This document shows, in pieces, positions 61,582 to 64,000 of a stretch of DNA of 64,000 bases. A program made the position numbers and the translations under genes. Location: contig OZ255836.1 in assembly GCA_965277715.1 (NCBI GenBank), forward strand, positions 1,984,001-2,048,000, read 5' to 3'. This DNA comes from Gammaproteobacteria bacterium. Its GTDB lineage: Bacteria > Pseudomonadota > Gammaproteobacteria > JBCCGL01. The notes beneath the pieces were generated by a model. The model did not search any database, had not been told where the DNA came from, and worked only from the letters and a program-made list of their open reading frames with translations. Within the stretch, counting starts at the first letter, position 1; every line of letters starts with the position of its first letter.

Positions 61582-63192
61582 ATGAATCCAATACCGCCAC
61601 CCCCGACTAAGCCAGGTAATATTCTCTTTATTATGTGCGACCAGTTGCGCTTTGATTACCTCTCCTGTTACGGACACCCATCGCTTAAAACGCCTAATAT
61701 TGACCGCCTCGCCTCACGCGGTGTTACCTTTACCAATGCACACTGCCAGGCACCGATATGCGCCGCTTCCCGCACCAGTTTTTATACGGGCCGCTATATG
61801 TCAAGCCACGGTGTTATGGGCAACGAAGACCCCATGAAGGTCGATGAAAAGACCATTGCCGACTACCTCAAACCACGCAATTACCGCACCGCCGTCGTCG
61901 GCAAAACACACAGCTACAGAGACCTGTCGGTACTCAAAGACCTCGGCGTCGATATGGACTGTGACTACGTAAACGCCTCCCAAACAGGTGGCTTTGAACC
62001 CTATGAAGCACACGAGGGGCACTACCCAGATCCCGTTCTGCCCAAAAATCATGGCTATACAAACTACCTGCTATCACTTGGTTATGGCACTGAAAACCCG
62101 TGGGACCGGTGTGCCAATAGTGGGGTGGATGCGCAAGGCAATGTACATTCAGGGTGGGCGCTGCGCAGTGCCAAATACCCAGCGGCCATCAATGAAGCGC
62201 ACTCTGAGACAGCCTTCACGACGCAAAGGGCGATGGATTTTATCGACGCAACCGGCGACCAGCCCTGGTGCCTGCATTTAAGTTACATCAAACCGCACTG
62301 GCCGATTATTGCCCCTGCGCCCTACCACGATATGTATACCCCCGAAAATATTCAGGCCGTTGTGCGCAGCGATGCGGAGTGTGAAAACCCACACCTGGTC
62401 TACCAGGCGTTTATGCAACAGGAGTACAGCCATTCTTATTCACGCGATGACGTGCGCGATAGGGTGATTCCCACGTATATGGGGCTGGTCAAACAAATCG
62501 ATGACCATCTGGGGCGCTTATTTGAATTTATGCGTACACGCGGCCTGCTCGACAATACACTGATCGTTTTTACCGCCGATCACGGTGACTACCTGGGCGA
62601 TCACTGGCTGGGAGAGAAAGATTTGTTCCACGCGGCGTCGGTCAGAGTGCCATTAATTTTGGTCGACCCACGCACTGCCGCTACAGCGGGCCGTGGCACG
62701 CAGCGCGATGAATTCGTCGAATCGGTCGATATTCTCCCGACCCTCCTCGATTTTGCCGGTGTAGCACCATGCCGTGAACGCCTTGAAGGGCATTCGCTAA
62801 CCCCCCTGCTTAACGACAATAAAACACCTGAATGGCGGGATTACACTATTAGCGAAATCGACTACGCCGATAGAGGGCCACGCGCCCTACTGGGCATTGC
62901 GCCCTATCAATGCCGCGCCATCATGGTTGCAGATTCGCGCTGGAAGTACATTTATCACCAGGCGTTTGAGCCACAGTTATTTGACAGAGAGAACGATCCA
63001 GATGAGTTCGTTGATCTTGGCCGAAATGTGAAGCGCGACCCACAACTCAAACGGGTCTGTGCACAAATGAAAGAGCGCATCTTCAATTGGCGTACACAGC
63101 TCAAATGCCGCACCGGTCTGGCGTACGACTATATGCTGGGGCAAGGGCCGGCGCGGGATGAGGCGTTCGGGTTCATTATTGGCCGTTGGTAG
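61582..63192 (+). CDS. sulfatase-superfamily hydrolase (phosphonate monoester hydrolase/choline sulfatase-like)
   Basis: MCDQLR, TPNID.LA, CAASR FGly motif, GKTH, YIKPHWP, ADHGDYLGDHW..EK. Confidence 0.88.
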   Translation: MNPIPPPPTKPGNILFIMCDQLRFDYLSCYGHPSLKTPNIDRLASRGVTFTNAHCQAPICAASRTSFYTGRYMSSHGVMGNEDPMKVDEKTIADYLKPRNYRTAVVGKTHSYRDLSVLKDLGVDMDCDYVNASQTGGFEPYEAHEGHYPDPVLPKNHGYTNYLLSLGYGTENPWDRCANSGVDAQGNVHSGWALRSAKYPAAINEAHSETAFTTQRAMDFIDATGDQPWCLHLSYIKPHWPIIAPAPYHDMYTPENIQAVVRSDAECENPHLVYQAFMQQEYSHSYSRDDVRDRVIPTYMGLVKQIDDHLGRLFEFMRTRGLLDNTLIVFTADHGDYLGDHWLGEKDLFHAASVRVPLILVDPRTAATAGRGTQRDEFVESVDILPTLLDFAGVAPCRERLEGHSLTPLLNDNKTPEWRDYTISEIDYADRGPRALLGIAPYQCRAIMVADSRWKYIYHQAFEPQLFDRENDPDEFVDLGRNVKRDPQLKRVCAQMKERIFNWRTQLKCRTGLAYDYMLGQGPARDEAFGFIIGRW

Positions 63193-63194
63193 TG

Positions 63195-64000
63195 CTAAAT
63201 AGCGGTATTGGCGACAGCCACAATCAAACGCCGCATCCACTTATGCGCGGGGTTGTTTTGCAATAGCGGACTCCACGCCATTTTCAAATCGATAGGCGGG
63301 ATAGTAAACGGTGGCGCTTTTACTACAACCCGTGGATTGTGCTGCTGCAATTGGGCAGCCCGGGTCGGTATTGTGACAATCAGGTCTTTCTGCTCTGCCA
63401 GGAGTGTCGCCACCTGGTAGTGACGAGTGAAAGCGGCGATACGGCGCTGCCTGCCAAGCTGGTTGAGTGCCTCATCGACCCAGCCGAGCCGCTGCACATC
63501 CGCCGGGTTCATCCCCACACCAACACCCATGCCGGTTTTACTGACCCAAACGTGCTGTGCCTGTAGGTAGTTATCCAACGTGAAATCGTCTTTCACTGGG
63601 TTGTCGGCACTGATTAAACAGGAAAAACCGTCTTTCCATATCAACTTCTCGTGGAAAGACTGCGGAATCGAATCAAACCGGTTAATCGCCAAATCGACCT
63701 TCCCCTGCTCGACATCCAAAAAACTCACATCGCTTGGTGTCAGAATATCCAGAGTGACACCGGGCGCCTCCTCCCGCAGTCGGCGCAAAATCTGGGGCAG
63801 TAAAATTGACTCGGCATAATCTGACGCCATGATACGAAAAACCCGCTCGGCCGTCTGTGCCTCGAAATCGGTTTGAGGCTGCACAACAATATCAATTCTG
63901 GACAACACCTCCCGAATCACCGGCTGTAATGCAATGGCCCGGTCTGTCGGTGCCATGCCCTCGCTGGTGCGCACCAGCAAAGGGTCATTGAACATCGCCC
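63195..64000 (-). CDS. LysR-family transcriptional regulator, 5' end outside the window
   Basis: FNDPLLVR...GM.PT, FRIMASDY, DLAI, W.P.....PAHKWMR. Confidence 0.9.
   Translation of the reverse strand, partial: AMFNDPLLVRTSEGMAPTDRAIALQPVIREVLSRIDIVVQPQTDFEAQTAERVFRIMASDYAESILLPQILRRLREEAPGVTLDILTPSDVSFLDVEQGKVDLAINRFDSIPQSFHEKLIWKDGFSCLISADNPVKDDFTLDNYLQAQHVWVSKTGMGVGVGMNPADVQRLGWVDEALNQLGRQRRIAAFTRHYQVATLLAEQKDLIVTIPTRAAQLQQHNPRVVVKAPPFTIPPIDLKMAWSPLLQNNPAHKWMRRLIVAVANTAI

Overview
64-kb chromosomal window from a probably marine gammaproteobacterium (inferred from gene content). The housekeeping backbone is aceF(3' end)-lpdA, maeB, clpS-clpA, infA, yciB-yciI-PPIase, metZ, yajC-secD-secF, queA-tgt, icmF/liuR, rnr-rlmB, petABC-sspAB, nif3 and degS, plus two tRNA-Leu genes. 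Six accessory features stand out. (1) A 12-gene xanthomonadin/aryl-polyene-type type II PKS and export cluster splits the normally contiguous tgt-yajC junction and lacks the usual starter and tailoring genes. (2) A free-standing tailspike-like fibre protein carries a signal peptide and an S74 chaperone domain but lies outside any prophage. (3) A SAM-II riboswitch upstream of metZ has a visible terminator/antiterminator switch. (4) A decayed island at tRNA-Leu(CAA) holds an ISKra4-like remnant, an intact IS4 element, a VOC gene and an integron-integrase-like fragment. (5) A non-pyrrolysine MttB gene and a dimethylglycine dehydrogenase gene are divergently paired among other B12-linked genes. 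(6) Smaller items are a lipoprotein frameshifted in a poly-A run, HicB and DUF4143 pseudogenes, AGGA-loop hairpin repeats and an ERIC-like hairpin. No CRISPR array, rRNA or prophage was found. All family assignments come from motif recognition by eye, not database searches.
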